64,000 nt of DNA from the NCBI GenBank assembly GCA_014382365.1, contig JACNJW010000035.1, positions 1,165 through 65,164 on the forward strand. The letters are read 5' to 3'. The translations under genes were made by a program, and so were the position numbers. Each line of letters begins with the position of its first letter. Within the stretch, counting starts at the first letter, position 1. Origin of the DNA: SAR324 cluster bacterium (GTDB lineage: Bacteria; SAR324; NAC60-12). The notes beneath the pieces were generated by a model. The model ran no database searches, was not told where the DNA came from, and was given only the letters and a program-made list of their open reading frames with translations. Shown here one piece after another: positions 48,263 to 59,030 of this stretch.

Positions 48263-49681
48263 ATGAAACTTGGAGCCATCGATCAGGGAACTACCAGTTC
48301 CCGTGCATTGCTGCTATGTGATGAAAAAGCTGAGGTTTGTGCAACATTCAAACATCAGCAAATATATCCCCATGCCGGTTGGGTGGAACATGATCCGAGA
48401 GAATTACTAAAAAATGTGCTGGCTTGCACAACTGTACTCAAAAATGCAGATGCACTGGGTCTAGATAATCAGGGAGAAAGCTGTCTGGCATGGGATAAAA
48501 AAACAGGTGAACCTCTTGCTCCAGTCATCGTCTGGCAGGACAACCGTACCTCAAATGTTATTGAAAAATTAAAAAATGAAGGACACGAAGAGCGAATAAA
48601 AGAGTTATCCGGACTGCCGTTGGATCCGTATTTTTCTGCCACTAAATTGGCCTGGCTGTTGGAAAAAATTCCTGAAGCAAAAATACTTTTGCGTGAAAAG
48701 CGTTTGGCTCTCGGAACAACTGATGCGTTTTTCCTGCAACATCTCGTGGGTCGTTGTGTCACGGATGTGACGACCGCTTCGCGCACTTCGTTAATGAATT
48801 TATCCACACTAGAATGGGATCCAGAACTTTGTGAATTATTCGGTATACCTCAGGAAACTTTACCGGAAATTCTGCCAACCCAAACTGAATTTGGTGAGTT
48901 GAATGTAAAAGGCCGAAAGATTCCGCTTCTTGCCAGCATAGTTGATCAACAGGCCGCACTTTACGGTCATGGCTGCCGCAAAGCAGGTGACGCAAAAATC
49001 ACACTCGGTACTGGTGCCTTTGCGCTGGCTATCAACGGTAACTCTCCGGAAATGAACAATCCGCATGGACTGTTACCAACGGTGGCCTGGCAATTGGGAA
49101 ATGAGGTTCCGATTTTTGCTCTGGACGGTGGAGTCTACAACGCTGCATCTGCAGTGAATTGGGCTCACTCATTGGGGCTTTTTTCGACTTATGAAGAAAT
49201 CAATTCTTTTGAAAAACCTCCTGCAGTTGAACGAGGTTTAATTTTTGTTCCGGCACTTTCCGGTCTGGGATGTCCGCATTGGCAAAGTGAAACAAGGGCT
49301 GGTTTTGAAGGTCTTTCTCTGGATACCGGACCATTGGACATGGCACAAGCCCTTTTGGAAGGAGTAGCTTTGCGAATTGCCGAAGTGATTTTAGCCATGG
49401 ACAAAAGCGTTTCTATTGGTGAAGAAATCACCATCGACGGAGGCTTATCCAACAATTCCTACATTTGTCAGTTTTTGGCAGATGTTTTGGGCCGACGTAT
49501 CCGCGTTACAAATGAAGCGGAGTTGACTGCCATCGGCTGTGCACAAATGGCTGGAGTTGGTTTAGAAGAAGTTTGCCTTTTCGGAAATGGAGGCCGGCTT
49601 TATCTTCCAAAGGGTAAACTGCGTCAGGACTGGATAGAAATTTTTTCAGCGGCAGTCGCCCGTCTCTCTCAATCAACTTGA
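48263..49681 (+). CDS. FGGY-family carbohydrate kinase, glycerol kinase-like
   Basis: AIDQGTTSSR, GWVEHDP, IVWQD.RT, DPYFSATK, TD.TTASRT, DQQAAL.G, K.T.GTG.F, DGG. Confidence 0.88.
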   Translation: MKLGAIDQGTTSSRALLLCDEKAEVCATFKHQQIYPHAGWVEHDPRELLKNVLACTTVLKNADALGLDNQGESCLAWDKKTGEPLAPVIVWQDNRTSNVIEKLKNEGHEERIKELSGLPLDPYFSATKLAWLLEKIPEAKILLREKRLALGTTDAFFLQHLVGRCVTDVTTASRTSLMNLSTLEWDPELCELFGIPQETLPEILPTQTEFGELNVKGRKIPLLASIVDQQAALYGHGCRKAGDAKITLGTGAFALAINGNSPEMNNPHGLLPTVAWQLGNEVPIFALDGGVYNAASAVNWAHSLGLFSTYEEINSFEKPPAVERGLIFVPALSGLGCPHWQSETRAGFEGLSLDTGPLDMAQALLEGVALRIAEVILAMDKSVSIGEEITIDGGLSNNSYICQFLADVLGRRIRVTNEAELTAIGCAQMAGVGLEEVCLFGNGGRLYLPKGKLRQDWIEIFSAAVARLSQST

Positions 49682-49688
49682 AAAAGAC

Positions 49689-50723
49689 TTATTTTTCACT
49701 TATCACTGCAAATAGTTCTTCCCACAAATCTGCTGATTTATCTGCATCAAGATCTGCTAAGGTTCCACCCAGTAATTTTAAATGTTTCCGGAGTTCCTGG
49801 ACAGAGCGGATTTTTAAACTCAAAGTAAGGTCGTCATTTTCAAAATAAGGATCGCTCTCAAGTGTTATCCTTGGAGCTAAATTAAGGCGCTGAAGTCGCT
49901 GTTCAAAGCGCTTCCGCATTGCACTCAATTCCGGATAGCGCAAGGTTTCCAGTTGCTGTTTCAGTAAACGATACCGAACAGGACTTTGCAGACTGGAACG
50001 TCCAAGAATTTCCAAAATTTCCGGAAGTTTTAATACTTCAGCCACAGAAATCTGCAATAAGCGACTTACTTCATCCAACAGCTGAAGCAAATTACGCCAC
50101 TTTTTTCCAGTGACTTCCATTCTTGTGCAGAGTGCAGTTACGTCCGGAAGAACACTCTGCGAAAATTTCAGCAGGGGCAACAAATCTTCACAACCCAAAT
50201 TCAGTAATGCTTTCTGCAGAGTCATTGTTTTTAAAACAATATTTAAATCCAACAATTGACGAACAAGTCTAACTGAAGGTTTCAGGCCAAATTTAGGGAA
50301 AACCTGTGCGGCAATTTCTGCGTTGCTAAAATCCAAATCATGCAGCTGCTTCAAAATTCTGCCTACATGCACGCCGGAATAATTACTTGAAGACGTATTT
50401 AAAGTTTCCAGGCGAACATATACGACTTCCCGTTCCGGCATAGATTCGGAAATAATTACGCACGGAATTGAGATTTTCTCTTTGTTCTGCAGGGAAGTTG
50501 GGCCGTTGTTTGCGAGCCAGGAAATGCGCTTAAAACCATCAATGACTCGGTATTTTTTTCCTGGAACTGCCTGTACCAGTAGAGGATAAAGGACTCCATT
50601 CTGCTGAAGTGAATCCCGAACTGCAGTTGTGAGCACCCGAGGGAACCAGTTGTATTGGAGATCTTTTAACTCAATTTGGTCAAGATGGAGAGTGGAAAAC
50701 TCCCATTCAGGTTGTATTTTCAT
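49689..50723 (-). CDS. ParB/Srx N-terminal domain protein
   Basis: S....GVL.PL.V, Y.VIDGFKR motif, IPC.I; helical C-terminal part. Confidence 0.7.
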   Translation of the reverse strand: MKIQPEWEFSTLHLDQIELKDLQYNWFPRVLTTAVRDSLQQNGVLYPLLVQAVPGKKYRVIDGFKRISWLANNGPTSLQNKEKISIPCVIISESMPEREVVYVRLETLNTSSSNYSGVHVGRILKQLHDLDFSNAEIAAQVFPKFGLKPSVRLVRQLLDLNIVLKTMTLQKALLNLGCEDLLPLLKFSQSVLPDVTALCTRMEVTGKKWRNLLQLLDEVSRLLQISVAEVLKLPEILEILGRSSLQSPVRYRLLKQQLETLRYPELSAMRKRFEQRLQRLNLAPRITLESDPYFENDDLTLSLKIRSVQELRKHLKLLGGTLADLDADKSADLWEELFAVISEK

Positions 50724-50837
50724 TTAGCAATTGCTGAGGAAGGATTTTTGCAGTTCATTCGATAAGATTGTGTTATTTTCAGTATCTTCAAACTGGATCT
50801 CAGACTCAAGTCCAGAACTTTAATTACAACAAAAAAT

Positions 50838-51248
50838 ATGCTTGATCCAGCTTTGATCAGCCTGCTTGCTCTTGGAGCTGCGGCCTTGTTTGGACTGCAG
50901 GGTGCTCTAATTCTCGCTGTAAAGCATAATCTTGTCAGGAGCAATCATCATGGCTCTGCCTGCAGCAAAATTGTTCTTTCCAAAGAAGCATTCATTGCCA
51001 AAATTCCGGTAGCATATGGAGCCGTGGTTTTTTATGCACTGGTCTTGTACTTGTTGATCAGCGGGGTTTTTCTGCAGGAAATGCCGCTGTTCTGGCTCAA
51101 TACAGGAGTTGTTGTTGCACTGCTGGTGACTTGTTATTATGCATATTTGATGTTCTTTAAATTACGCCTTGTTTGCATGGGTTGCCTGCGTATCTATCTG
51201 GCAAACCTGCTGATGGGAGCTTCACTGCTGGCTTATCATTTTTATTAG
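50838..51248 (+). CDS. Vitamin K epoxide reductase (VKOR) family protein
   Basis: Four hydrophobic segments, C..IV.S..A....IP.A.G..FY, active-site CMGC. Confidence 0.75.
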   Translation: MLDPALISLLALGAAALFGLQGALILAVKHNLVRSNHHGSACSKIVLSKEAFIAKIPVAYGAVVFYALVLYLLISGVFLQEMPLFWLNTGVVVALLVTCYYAYLMFFKLRLVCMGCLRIYLANLLMGASLLAYHFY

Positions 51249-51723
51249 TTTTTCCTCGACAGCTCATTTCATTTTCCTGATTGATTTTAATTATGCTGCA
51301 AAGTAGCTCATTTTAGATATTGTTTACGCAATTATTGTCATGCTGTGATTTTCTGTTTCCGGTTTGAGTTTTGATGAACCTTTTGACTTCTGCAACAGAA
51401 AAGGTCATGCTTATTATATATATAATAAATCCCCGAGTATTTAAGTTCTGGAAAATCTTGCAGACAGTACTAAGATTAGTTTTCCGGGACTTCCTGAAAT
51501 AACAAACAATTCCTCTAAAATTTCCTTTCCTGCCGATACTCTTAAAGAATTTGTTTTGTCACTCTAATTTTGGTAGAATTACAGGTCAAACTAGAAAGAA
51601 TCAATTCAGGAAAACTTCTCTGCTAAATAACTTCCATTCAAATAATAAAAGGGAAACCATCAAGAAGAAACTTTAGCTTTTTGAGAAAAGATCCTGATTA
51701 ACTCCATTCAAAACATTGACAAC

Positions 51724-54669
51724 ATGTCTTCTATTTTCAGTGCTTCAAAAAAATCACAATCAAATAATCCTGGCAGCCTGTGTGTACTTGAGCAGAGGGA
51801 CAGATTTGTTCACCGTCATATCGGACCCTCTGAAAATGATATTTCAGGTATGCTGGAAAGCCTGGGAATGAGTTCTCTGGACGAGTTGATCAACAAAGTG
51901 GTGCCGGATTCAATCCGCATGTCCGGTGAACTGGATTTGTCCGGCAGCCGTACAGAAACAGAAGTTCTGGCTGAACTTCGCAACATTGCGAATCGCAATC
52001 AGCTTGCACAATCAATGATCGGCATGGGCTATCACAACACAATCATGCCCGGAGTCATACAACGCAATCTGCTGGAAAATCCAGGCTGGTACACTGCGTA
52101 CACACCATACCAGCCTGAAGTTTCTCAGGGACGTCTTGAGGCCCTGCTGAACTACCAGCAAATGATAATCGACCTGACAGGTATGGATGTCGCAAATGCT
52201 TCACTCCTGGATGAGGCTACTGCTGCAGCTGAAGCAATGACATTTTGCAAAAGAATTACACGCAGCAAAAGCATGCGTTTTTTTGTGGCAAACGACTGTC
52301 ATCCTCAAATAATTGATGTTTTGAAAACCAGAGCAGAACCTCTGGGTTTTGAGCTGGTCTGTGGAAATCTCCTAGAACAGTTTGAAAAACCGGAAGTAGA
52401 CCTATTTGGTGCCCTGATTCAGTATCCAGGAACTTACGGGAAGATTCATGATATTGAAAAACTGATCGAAAATTGGCACGAGTCCGGTACCCTGGTGACT
52501 GTTGCCTCAGATCCGCTGAGTCTCGTTTTACTTAAACCACCTGGTGAATTGGGTGCAGATGTGGTCATCGGCAGTTCACAAAGATTTGGTGTCCCAATGG
52601 GATTTGGTGGACCGCATGCTGCTTTTTTTGCTGCCCGTGAAAAAAATATGCGGAGCATTCCTGGACGAATTATCGGCGCTTCCATAGACCGTAGAGGTAA
52701 AACTGCACTGCGGATGGCCCTGCAGACCCGTGAACAACACATTCGCCGTGAAAAAGCGACAAGCAACATTTGTACTGCACAGGTTTTACTGGGTGTGATT
52801 GCTGGCTGTTATGCCGTATATCATGGTCCGGACGGCTTGAAAATTATCGCCCGGCGGGTTCACAGGTTGACCAGAATTCTCCAGGCAGGTTTGACGCAGC
52901 TAGGAATTACTGTAGATAATGAAAATTTTTTTGATACCCTCACTTTATCTGTTGCAGAGAAACGCAACAGTTTTTACCAGAGTGCACTGGAAAATGGAAT
53001 TAATCTACGTAAAATTGGTTCAGATAAATTAGGAATAAGTCTGGATGAAACCACCTCCAGAGAAGATGTTGCTGCACTTTGGTCGGTCTTTGCTGCTGAT
53101 AACAAATTACCCTCAGTTGAAGAACTGGATTTGCAAATTGCAGACGACAGCAGTGATAACGGAATTCCGCAAAAGCTGCGCCGGAACTCAAAAATATTAA
53201 CACATCCGGTGTTCCATCAATATCATTCGGAAACTGCAATGCTGCGTTATCTCAGATACCTTCAGGACAAAGATATTGCTCTGGACCGGGCTATGATTCC
53301 ACTGGGTTCCTGCACAATGAAACTCAATGCAACTGCCGAAATGATCCCGATCAGTTGGCCTGAGTTTGCCAATATCCATCCCTTTGCCCCGTCTGAGCAG
53401 ACCGAGGGCTACCGGGAAATGATTACTGATCTTGAAAATGACCTGGCACGCATTACCGGCTTTGATGCAGTTTCAATGCAGCCGAATTCAGGTGCTCAGG
53501 GAGAGTATACCGGATTACTGACTATCCGCTCCTACCATAAATCCCGTGGCGAGGGGCAGCGGAATGTCTGCCTGATTCCCAGCTCTGCACACGGCACAAA
53601 TCCTGCGAGTGCCATGATGGCCAGCATGAAAATAGTCATCATCAAGTGTGATCATGATGGAAACATCGATGTGGATAATTTGCAGGAATTAGCAGAAAAA
53701 CATGCTGATAATCTTGCCGCCCTGATGATAACCTACCCTTCTACCCATGGAGTTTTTGAGGACAGCTTAATCCGGATATGTGAAATTATTCATAATTACG
53801 GCGGTCAGGTTTATATGGACGGTGCAAACCTGAATGCTTTGATGGGCATAGCGCAGCCGGGAAAATTAGGACCAGATGTTCTGCACATGAATCTGCACAA
53901 AACTTTTAGTATTCCTCACGGCGGAGGAGGTCCAGGAATGGGACCTATCGGTTTGAAAACACATCTTGCTCAGTTTGCACCAAATCACAGCGTTGTTAAA
54001 ATCGAGGGCTTACCACTGGAAAATACTGCTGTTTCTGCAGCACCATGGGGCAGTCCCAGCATCCTGCCGATATCCTGGGTTTATATCAAACTCATGGGAG
54101 GTTTTGGTTTGAAAAAATCTTCTCAAGTTGCAATTCTAAATGCCAATTATCTGGCACAGCGTTTAAAAGAGCATTTTCCGATTGTCTACACCGGTAAAAA
54201 TGGACTTGTTGCACATGAGTGTATTATCGATGTTCGGCCCCTGAAAGAGCTCTGTGGAATCACTGAGGAGGACATTGCCAAGCGTTTAATAGATTATGGT
54301 TTCCACGCACCAACCATGTCCTGGCCGGTGCCCGGAACTCTAATGATTGAACCCACCGAAAGTGAGCCGAAAGCAGAAATCGATCGTTTTTGTGAGGCCA
54401 TGATTTCGATCCGTGAAGAAACAAAACGTGTTGAATCCGGAGAGTGGGACAAAATTGATAATCCGCTAAAAAATTCGCCGCATCCGTCAGAAGATCTTAC
54501 TGATTCTGAATGGACTCATCCCTATTCTCAGGCAGCAGCAGTTTACCCTTTGGCTTCACTCCGCCGTCACAAGTATTGGCCTCCTTCAGCCCGTGTGGAC
54601 AATGTGCACGGTGATCGAAACGTGGTTTGTTCCTGTCCACCGCTGGAAAATTATGAGGATGGAGAGTGA
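51724..54669 (+). CDS. gcvP: Glycine dehydrogenase (decarboxylating), single-chain P protein
   Basis: [61 protein letters not shown]. Confidence 0.98.
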   Translation: MSSIFSASKKSQSNNPGSLCVLEQRDRFVHRHIGPSENDISGMLESLGMSSLDELINKVVPDSIRMSGELDLSGSRTETEVLAELRNIANRNQLAQSMIGMGYHNTIMPGVIQRNLLENPGWYTAYTPYQPEVSQGRLEALLNYQQMIIDLTGMDVANASLLDEATAAAEAMTFCKRITRSKSMRFFVANDCHPQIIDVLKTRAEPLGFELVCGNLLEQFEKPEVDLFGALIQYPGTYGKIHDIEKLIENWHESGTLVTVASDPLSLVLLKPPGELGADVVIGSSQRFGVPMGFGGPHAAFFAAREKNMRSIPGRIIGASIDRRGKTALRMALQTREQHIRREKATSNICTAQVLLGVIAGCYAVYHGPDGLKIIARRVHRLTRILQAGLTQLGITVDNENFFDTLTLSVAEKRNSFYQSALENGINLRKIGSDKLGISLDETTSREDVAALWSVFAADNKLPSVEELDLQIADDSSDNGIPQKLRRNSKILTHPVFHQYHSETAMLRYLRYLQDKDIALDRAMIPLGSCTMKLNATAEMIPISWPEFANIHPFAPSEQTEGYREMITDLENDLARITGFDAVSMQPNSGAQGEYTGLLTIRSYHKSRGEGQRNVCLIPSSAHGTNPASAMMASMKIVIIKCDHDGNIDVDNLQELAEKHADNLAALMITYPSTHGVFEDSLIRICEIIHNYGGQVYMDGANLNALMGIAQPGKLGPDVLHMNLHKTFSIPHGGGGPGMGPIGLKTHLAQFAPNHSVVKIEGLPLENTAVSAAPWGSPSILPISWVYIKLMGGFGLKKSSQVAILNANYLAQRLKEHFPIVYTGKNGLVAHECIIDVRPLKELCGITEEDIAKRLIDYGFHAPTMSWPVPGTLMIEPTESEPKAEIDRFCEAMISIREETKRVESGEWDKIDNPLKNSPHPSEDLTDSEWTHPYSQAAAVYPLASLRRHKYWPPSARVDNVHGDRNVVCSCPPLENYEDGE

Positions 54670-55406
54670 ATCCTGCCGACAACTTCGGAATTGTACACAA
54701 TCTTCCTTTTGAGGAGTATCAACAACTATCCGGCCTGAATCAATCGACCATCAAGCAGTGGCTTTCAACTGCACCCAAACAACATCATGCATACAAAAAT
54801 CTGCAGGCTTTACAGTTTGGAAGTGCCGGACACTGCCTGCTGCTTGAACCGGAGAGATTTGAAAAACTTTATGTCCGTGCCCCAAATGGTTTACGCCAGC
54901 GTGGAAAACTGGGCAAAAAGCGCTGGACCGAATTTTGTGAACAGCATAATGGAAAAATAGTTTTACGTGCCAATGAATGGGACAGCTTAACAACTATCCG
55001 TGAAATCTTTCTGCTTCATCCACAAATCAAAAAACTGTGGACTGCAGGAAAAGCAGAGGTGTCTTTATTTTGGCAGGACACAGAATATGGTATGGACTGC
55101 AAGGCACGGCTGGACTGGTTTGATGCCAAGTCTGGTACAATTGTTGATCTTAAATTTACAAAAAATATTGGCGATAGTTCAATCCAAAAACAGATTGAAA
55201 ATTATTATGCCATTCAGGCTGCCTGGTACTGTCGTGGGATATTTCAGTTAAGTCAAATAACTGCCGCATTTTTGTTCGTCTTTATCGAAAAATATGCACC
55301 CTATAAAATCCGCGTGATTTCTGTCTGCGAAAATGTATTAGAACTTGGACTACACAAAATTGAGGTTGGCATCAACAATATTTCCCAAAATAAAAATGAC
55401 AACTAG
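54666..55406 (+). CDS. PD-(D/E)XK nuclease, RecE/exonuclease VIII C-terminal (DUF3799) type
   Basis: Y.....L..S.IK, A..FGSA.H..LLEP..F, E.S.FW.D...G..CKAR.DW, IVDLK, Y..QAAWY, F.F..IEK..P. Confidence 0.8.
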   Translation: MNPADNFGIVHNLPFEEYQQLSGLNQSTIKQWLSTAPKQHHAYKNLQALQFGSAGHCLLLEPERFEKLYVRAPNGLRQRGKLGKKRWTEFCEQHNGKIVLRANEWDSLTTIREIFLLHPQIKKLWTAGKAEVSLFWQDTEYGMDCKARLDWFDAKSGTIVDLKFTKNIGDSSIQKQIENYYAIQAAWYCRGIFQLSQITAAFLFVFIEKYAPYKIRVISVCENVLELGLHKIEVGINNISQNKNDN

Positions 55407-56760
55407 TCCTCGCCCGCTTGAATCGGTCTCAGTTTTATTCATGTTTGAGGAGCAGGTTTTTGCAGTACAACGACAGTCGTATCTACTGGCCTTTCCCGGC
55501 TACCATGCTTTTCCAGGTGGGAAAATAGATCATGACGAACTTTCAACTCCATTTAAAACAAAGTTTCTCTGTGACAGAGATGCTCTGCTAATGAGAGCCC
55601 TGCAAAGAGAAATTAGTGAAGAATTAGGTTACGATCTGGAGAAAGGAATTCTGAGTGGTGAGGTGTTGTCTGTCAGTGAACTTGCTGAAGCCCTTGCACC
55701 ACCTTTTGCGCCGGTTCGTTTCAGAACGTGGTTTTACCGGGTTGACCTGAAGGAACGTCTTAATTTTAAAATTGATCCGGGAGAATTCAGCAGTGGTTTT
55801 TGGAGTACACCTGCTGAGCTGCTCAAAACTTATATTACAGGCAAGAGCTTGATGGTTCCACCTGCACGTTGGGTTCTAGACGGTTTAGTCAATAATCCAG
55901 CAGCCACTGAATTCGGAGATTTGTCACAGGATTTTTCTGAAGGAGCTAGGATACCAACACTGGAAATGCTCGATGGGATTCCGATGCTTGCGGTTCGCTC
56001 AGCAACTCTTCCGCCTGCCAGCCGAACCAATGCATTTCTGCTGGGAGATCCTGGTGCAGCAAAAATTCTGGTTGATCCGTCACCTGATTCTGAAGAAGAA
56101 TTTCAACGCCTGCTCAACACCATAAAAGACAAACTACTGGATGCAATTTTCCTGACTCATCATCATCCTGATCATCACCAGTTTGCAAACCTGCTGGCCC
56201 GCAAACTGAAAGTTCCAATTATTCTCAGCCGGGATACCCGGCAGCGGCTGACTGAAAAATTTGGAGAAGTATATTTTGAGCAAGTTGAGCTGCAGTTTGC
56301 AACAGAAAATCAAGAGGTAACAAGCTGGCATGGTTCCGCAGTAAGGGTTTATGAGATTCCCGGACATGATGCCGGACATCTTGGTTTAGCACCGGACTCA
56401 CTGGACTGGTTTATAGTTGGTGACCTGATTCAGGGAATTGGGACAGTAGTAATTTCTGCACCTGAAGGAGACATGGCAACCTATTTTGCAACACTTAAAA
56501 AAGTGATTGCCCTCAATCCGGCTGTCATCATACCTTCACACGGAATCCCAATGCGCAGTACACACCGTCTTCAGGAAACATTAAAACATCGCCAGCAACG
56601 CGAAACACAAATACTAACTTTACATAAATCCGGAAAATCCAAAGCGGAAATTCTGGAAGAGCTTTACGTTGGAATAGACCAGCGCCTGTATCCACTGGCG
56701 CTGAAAAATATCGAATCCCACTTGCTGAAGCTGCAAAAAGAAAAACAAATAAACGAATGA
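55396..56760 (+). CDS. NUDIX hydrolase - metallo-beta-lactamase (LACTB2-like) fusion
   Basis: AFPG..AFPGGKID...REI.EE.G Nudix box, RF.TWFY; then TLPPA..TN, VDP, THHHPDHH, PGH..GH, GDL..G.GTV, PSHG, R..RE. Confidence 0.85.
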   Translation: MTTSPRPLESVSVLFMFEEQVFAVQRQSYLLAFPGYHAFPGGKIDHDELSTPFKTKFLCDRDALLMRALQREISEELGYDLEKGILSGEVLSVSELAEALAPPFAPVRFRTWFYRVDLKERLNFKIDPGEFSSGFWSTPAELLKTYITGKSLMVPPARWVLDGLVNNPAATEFGDLSQDFSEGARIPTLEMLDGIPMLAVRSATLPPASRTNAFLLGDPGAAKILVDPSPDSEEEFQRLLNTIKDKLLDAIFLTHHHPDHHQFANLLARKLKVPIILSRDTRQRLTEKFGEVYFEQVELQFATENQEVTSWHGSAVRVYEIPGHDAGHLGLAPDSLDWFIVGDLIQGIGTVVISAPEGDMATYFATLKKVIALNPAVIIPSHGIPMRSTHRLQETLKHRQQRETQILTLHKSGKSKAEILEELYVGIDQRLYPLALKNIESHLLKLQKEKQINE

Positions 56761-58997
56761 AATCACATAAAAAAACAATTCTCCGGATGTTGGAAAAACA
56801 CGGAGACTCATTATCTGTAAAACAAATCCGCGGTGCACTTGGACTTAATAAAGCCGCAACTATAAAATTGAAAGCAGAATTACAAAAACTAATCAAAACC
56901 GGGAAAATTGCCAAACATGGTACCCGCTATTTTAAAGTTCAGGAAACAAAAAACAGAGCTCTGACAAAACCTGCAAAAAAAGCCAAAAAAGAAATTGAGC
57001 AAAAAGAACTGATCTGGAAACAAAGACCAAAGCGTCAACAAATAAGCAGTTCAGGAAAAACTGAAAAAGGCTATTTCACTCGAAATCGAAAAGGCTTCGG
57101 TTTTGTTGCCATTGGAGGTGGCCGTCCGGATGTTTTCATCGGCGAACAGGAGCAGGGGTTTGCCATGGAAGGTGATTTGGTACAAATTGGAATCTTCCGG
57201 AAACGCGGTTTTCGCAGCAAACAAAAAGGAGAAATCATCAAAGTTCTTGAGCGTGCATCCAGAGAAATACTGGCACGTTTAAAAAGAACTAAACGTAAAA
57301 CCGTTGCCGTTCCGGTACATCCTAATTCCGGCCTGCCCTTCCTCTGGATTGCTCAGGAGGATGATTTACCTGAACTTGAAACTGGAACTCTGGTTGAAGT
57401 TGAGTTACTGGAAGAAAGCAAACATCCAAAAAAATCCTTTGCTGCACCCAGCGGAAAGGTCTTGCGGGCTCTGGAAAACACCAGTGACCACGAATTGGGC
57501 TTTCAACTGATTCTTAATGAAAACCTGATTCGAACCGAGTATCCAGAAGCAGCCCTGACACATGTAGATAATTTTTCAAAACAGGTTCGCTATGATGCTT
57601 CTTCCGGACGCCGGGATTTGCGTGAGCTGGAGTTTGTGACAATTGACGGAAAAACCGCCCGCGATTTTGATGATGCGGTCTGTGTACTTCCGGACAAAGA
57701 TTCTGCCGGTGGATTCCGGCTTTTTGTGGCAATTGCAGATGTGGCCCATTACGTACGCCCACTGGATCCGGTTGACGAAGAAGCGCTTCTGCGTGGAACA
57801 AGTGTCTATTTTCCAACTCATGCAGTACCCATGCTGCCTGAGGCTCTTTCCAATAATTTATGCAGTTTACGTCCAAATGTGAACCGGCTGACATTGACCT
57901 GTGAAATGCGGATTGATTCCGTAGGTGAAGTAGTCGGCTACTCACTTTCAGAAAGTATTATCCGCAGCCGAGCCCGTCTAATTTATGAGGATGTGGCCGA
58001 CTTACTTGATGGACGAAGCTCTTCTATACGTGAACCGAAACTGCAGGCAAATATCCGGAAAATGCACAAACTGGCAAAAATTCTTGAACAAAAAAGGATT
58101 AAGCGTGGTGCAGTACAGTTCAGTTTTGCTGAAGAAGTCTTTGAATTTGATGCAGACCAGCAAATGACTGGTATCGGTAGAAGTTATCAATCCAGTGCAA
58201 TGAAACTGATTGAACAGTTTATGCTGGAAGCCAATGAAACTGTCGCCAGACACTGCGTGAAAAATAAAATGCCTGCTCTTTACCGTGTACACGACAAACC
58301 GGACCTGAGAAAACTGCAAAAACTGCAGCAAACTTTTTTTCGCTTTGGTGTACGCACATCCCTGACAAAATTAGCAAACCCTCAGGAGTTTAATGCAGTC
58401 ATCGAGCAAATTCAGGAGTTGCCCCATTTTGAACAACTGCAGGTTCTTTTGCTGCGTACAATGGCTTTGGCAGTCTATCAGACAGCAAACAAGGGTCATT
58501 TTGGTCTGGCGGCAAAATATTATGCTCATTTTACTTCACCGATCCGCAGGTATCCGGATTTAGTTGTACATCGTGCAATTAAGGAAAAACTACACAGGGA
58601 TCAGGGTTTAAAGACTAAACTTTTGCTGGTAAACAGTGAGTTGGCAGAGCAATGTTCCCAACAGGAACGAAGAGCAGAAAAAGCTGAGCGCCAGAGTATT
58701 GACTTGATGAAAGTTGATTTTCTGGCTCCACATGCAGGACAAACTTTTCAGGCTGTTGTGACTTCTGTTGACAGTCAGGGGTTTCGGGTAAATCTGGAAC
58801 CCCACGGGCTTGAATGGTTATTACCCCTCGACTCAATGCCGGATGATACTTATCAGTATGATGAGATACGGCTAAGCTTACAGGGGCGCTACAAAAACCG
58901 AACGCTGCAGGCAGGACAACGTCTGGAAATAAGACTTCTGCGTGCAGATCCAATTCAGCGGACACTGGAATTTACAGTGGAACACTGGTTGAGCTGA
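56757..58997 (+). CDS. rnr: Ribonuclease R
   Basis: N-terminal HTH, GFGFV CSD, TIDG.TARDFDDA, IEQFML.AN, HFGLA...Y.HFTSPIRRYPDL.VHR, S1 domain. Confidence 0.95.
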   Translation: MKSHKKTILRMLEKHGDSLSVKQIRGALGLNKAATIKLKAELQKLIKTGKIAKHGTRYFKVQETKNRALTKPAKKAKKEIEQKELIWKQRPKRQQISSSGKTEKGYFTRNRKGFGFVAIGGGRPDVFIGEQEQGFAMEGDLVQIGIFRKRGFRSKQKGEIIKVLERASREILARLKRTKRKTVAVPVHPNSGLPFLWIAQEDDLPELETGTLVEVELLEESKHPKKSFAAPSGKVLRALENTSDHELGFQLILNENLIRTEYPEAALTHVDNFSKQVRYDASSGRRDLRELEFVTIDGKTARDFDDAVCVLPDKDSAGGFRLFVAIADVAHYVRPLDPVDEEALLRGTSVYFPTHAVPMLPEALSNNLCSLRPNVNRLTLTCEMRIDSVGEVVGYSLSESIIRSRARLIYEDVADLLDGRSSSIREPKLQANIRKMHKLAKILEQKRIKRGAVQFSFAEEVFEFDADQQMTGIGRSYQSSAMKLIEQFMLEANETVARHCVKNKMPALYRVHDKPDLRKLQKLQQTFFRFGVRTSLTKLANPQEFNAVIEQIQELPHFEQLQVLLLRTMALAVYQTANKGHFGLAAKYYAHFTSPIRRYPDLVVHRAIKEKLHRDQGLKTKLLLVNSELAEQCSQQERRAEKAERQSIDLMKVDFLAPHAGQTFQAVVTSVDSQGFRVNLEPHGLEWLLPLDSMPDDTYQYDEIRLSLQGRYKNRTLQAGQRLEIRLLRADPIQRTLEFTVEHWLS

Positions 58998-59030
58998 AAC
59001 ATTAACCAAAAAACAAAATAATATAATAAA

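Noticed and set aside
51249..51723. Glycine riboswitch upstream of gcvP
   Set aside because: The conserved GGAGA...CCGAAG...CTCTCAGG aptamer elements were not found
54666..55406. Prophage around the RecE-like gene
   Set aside because: The neighbours are housekeeping genes, with no integrase, structural genes or att-like repeats seen
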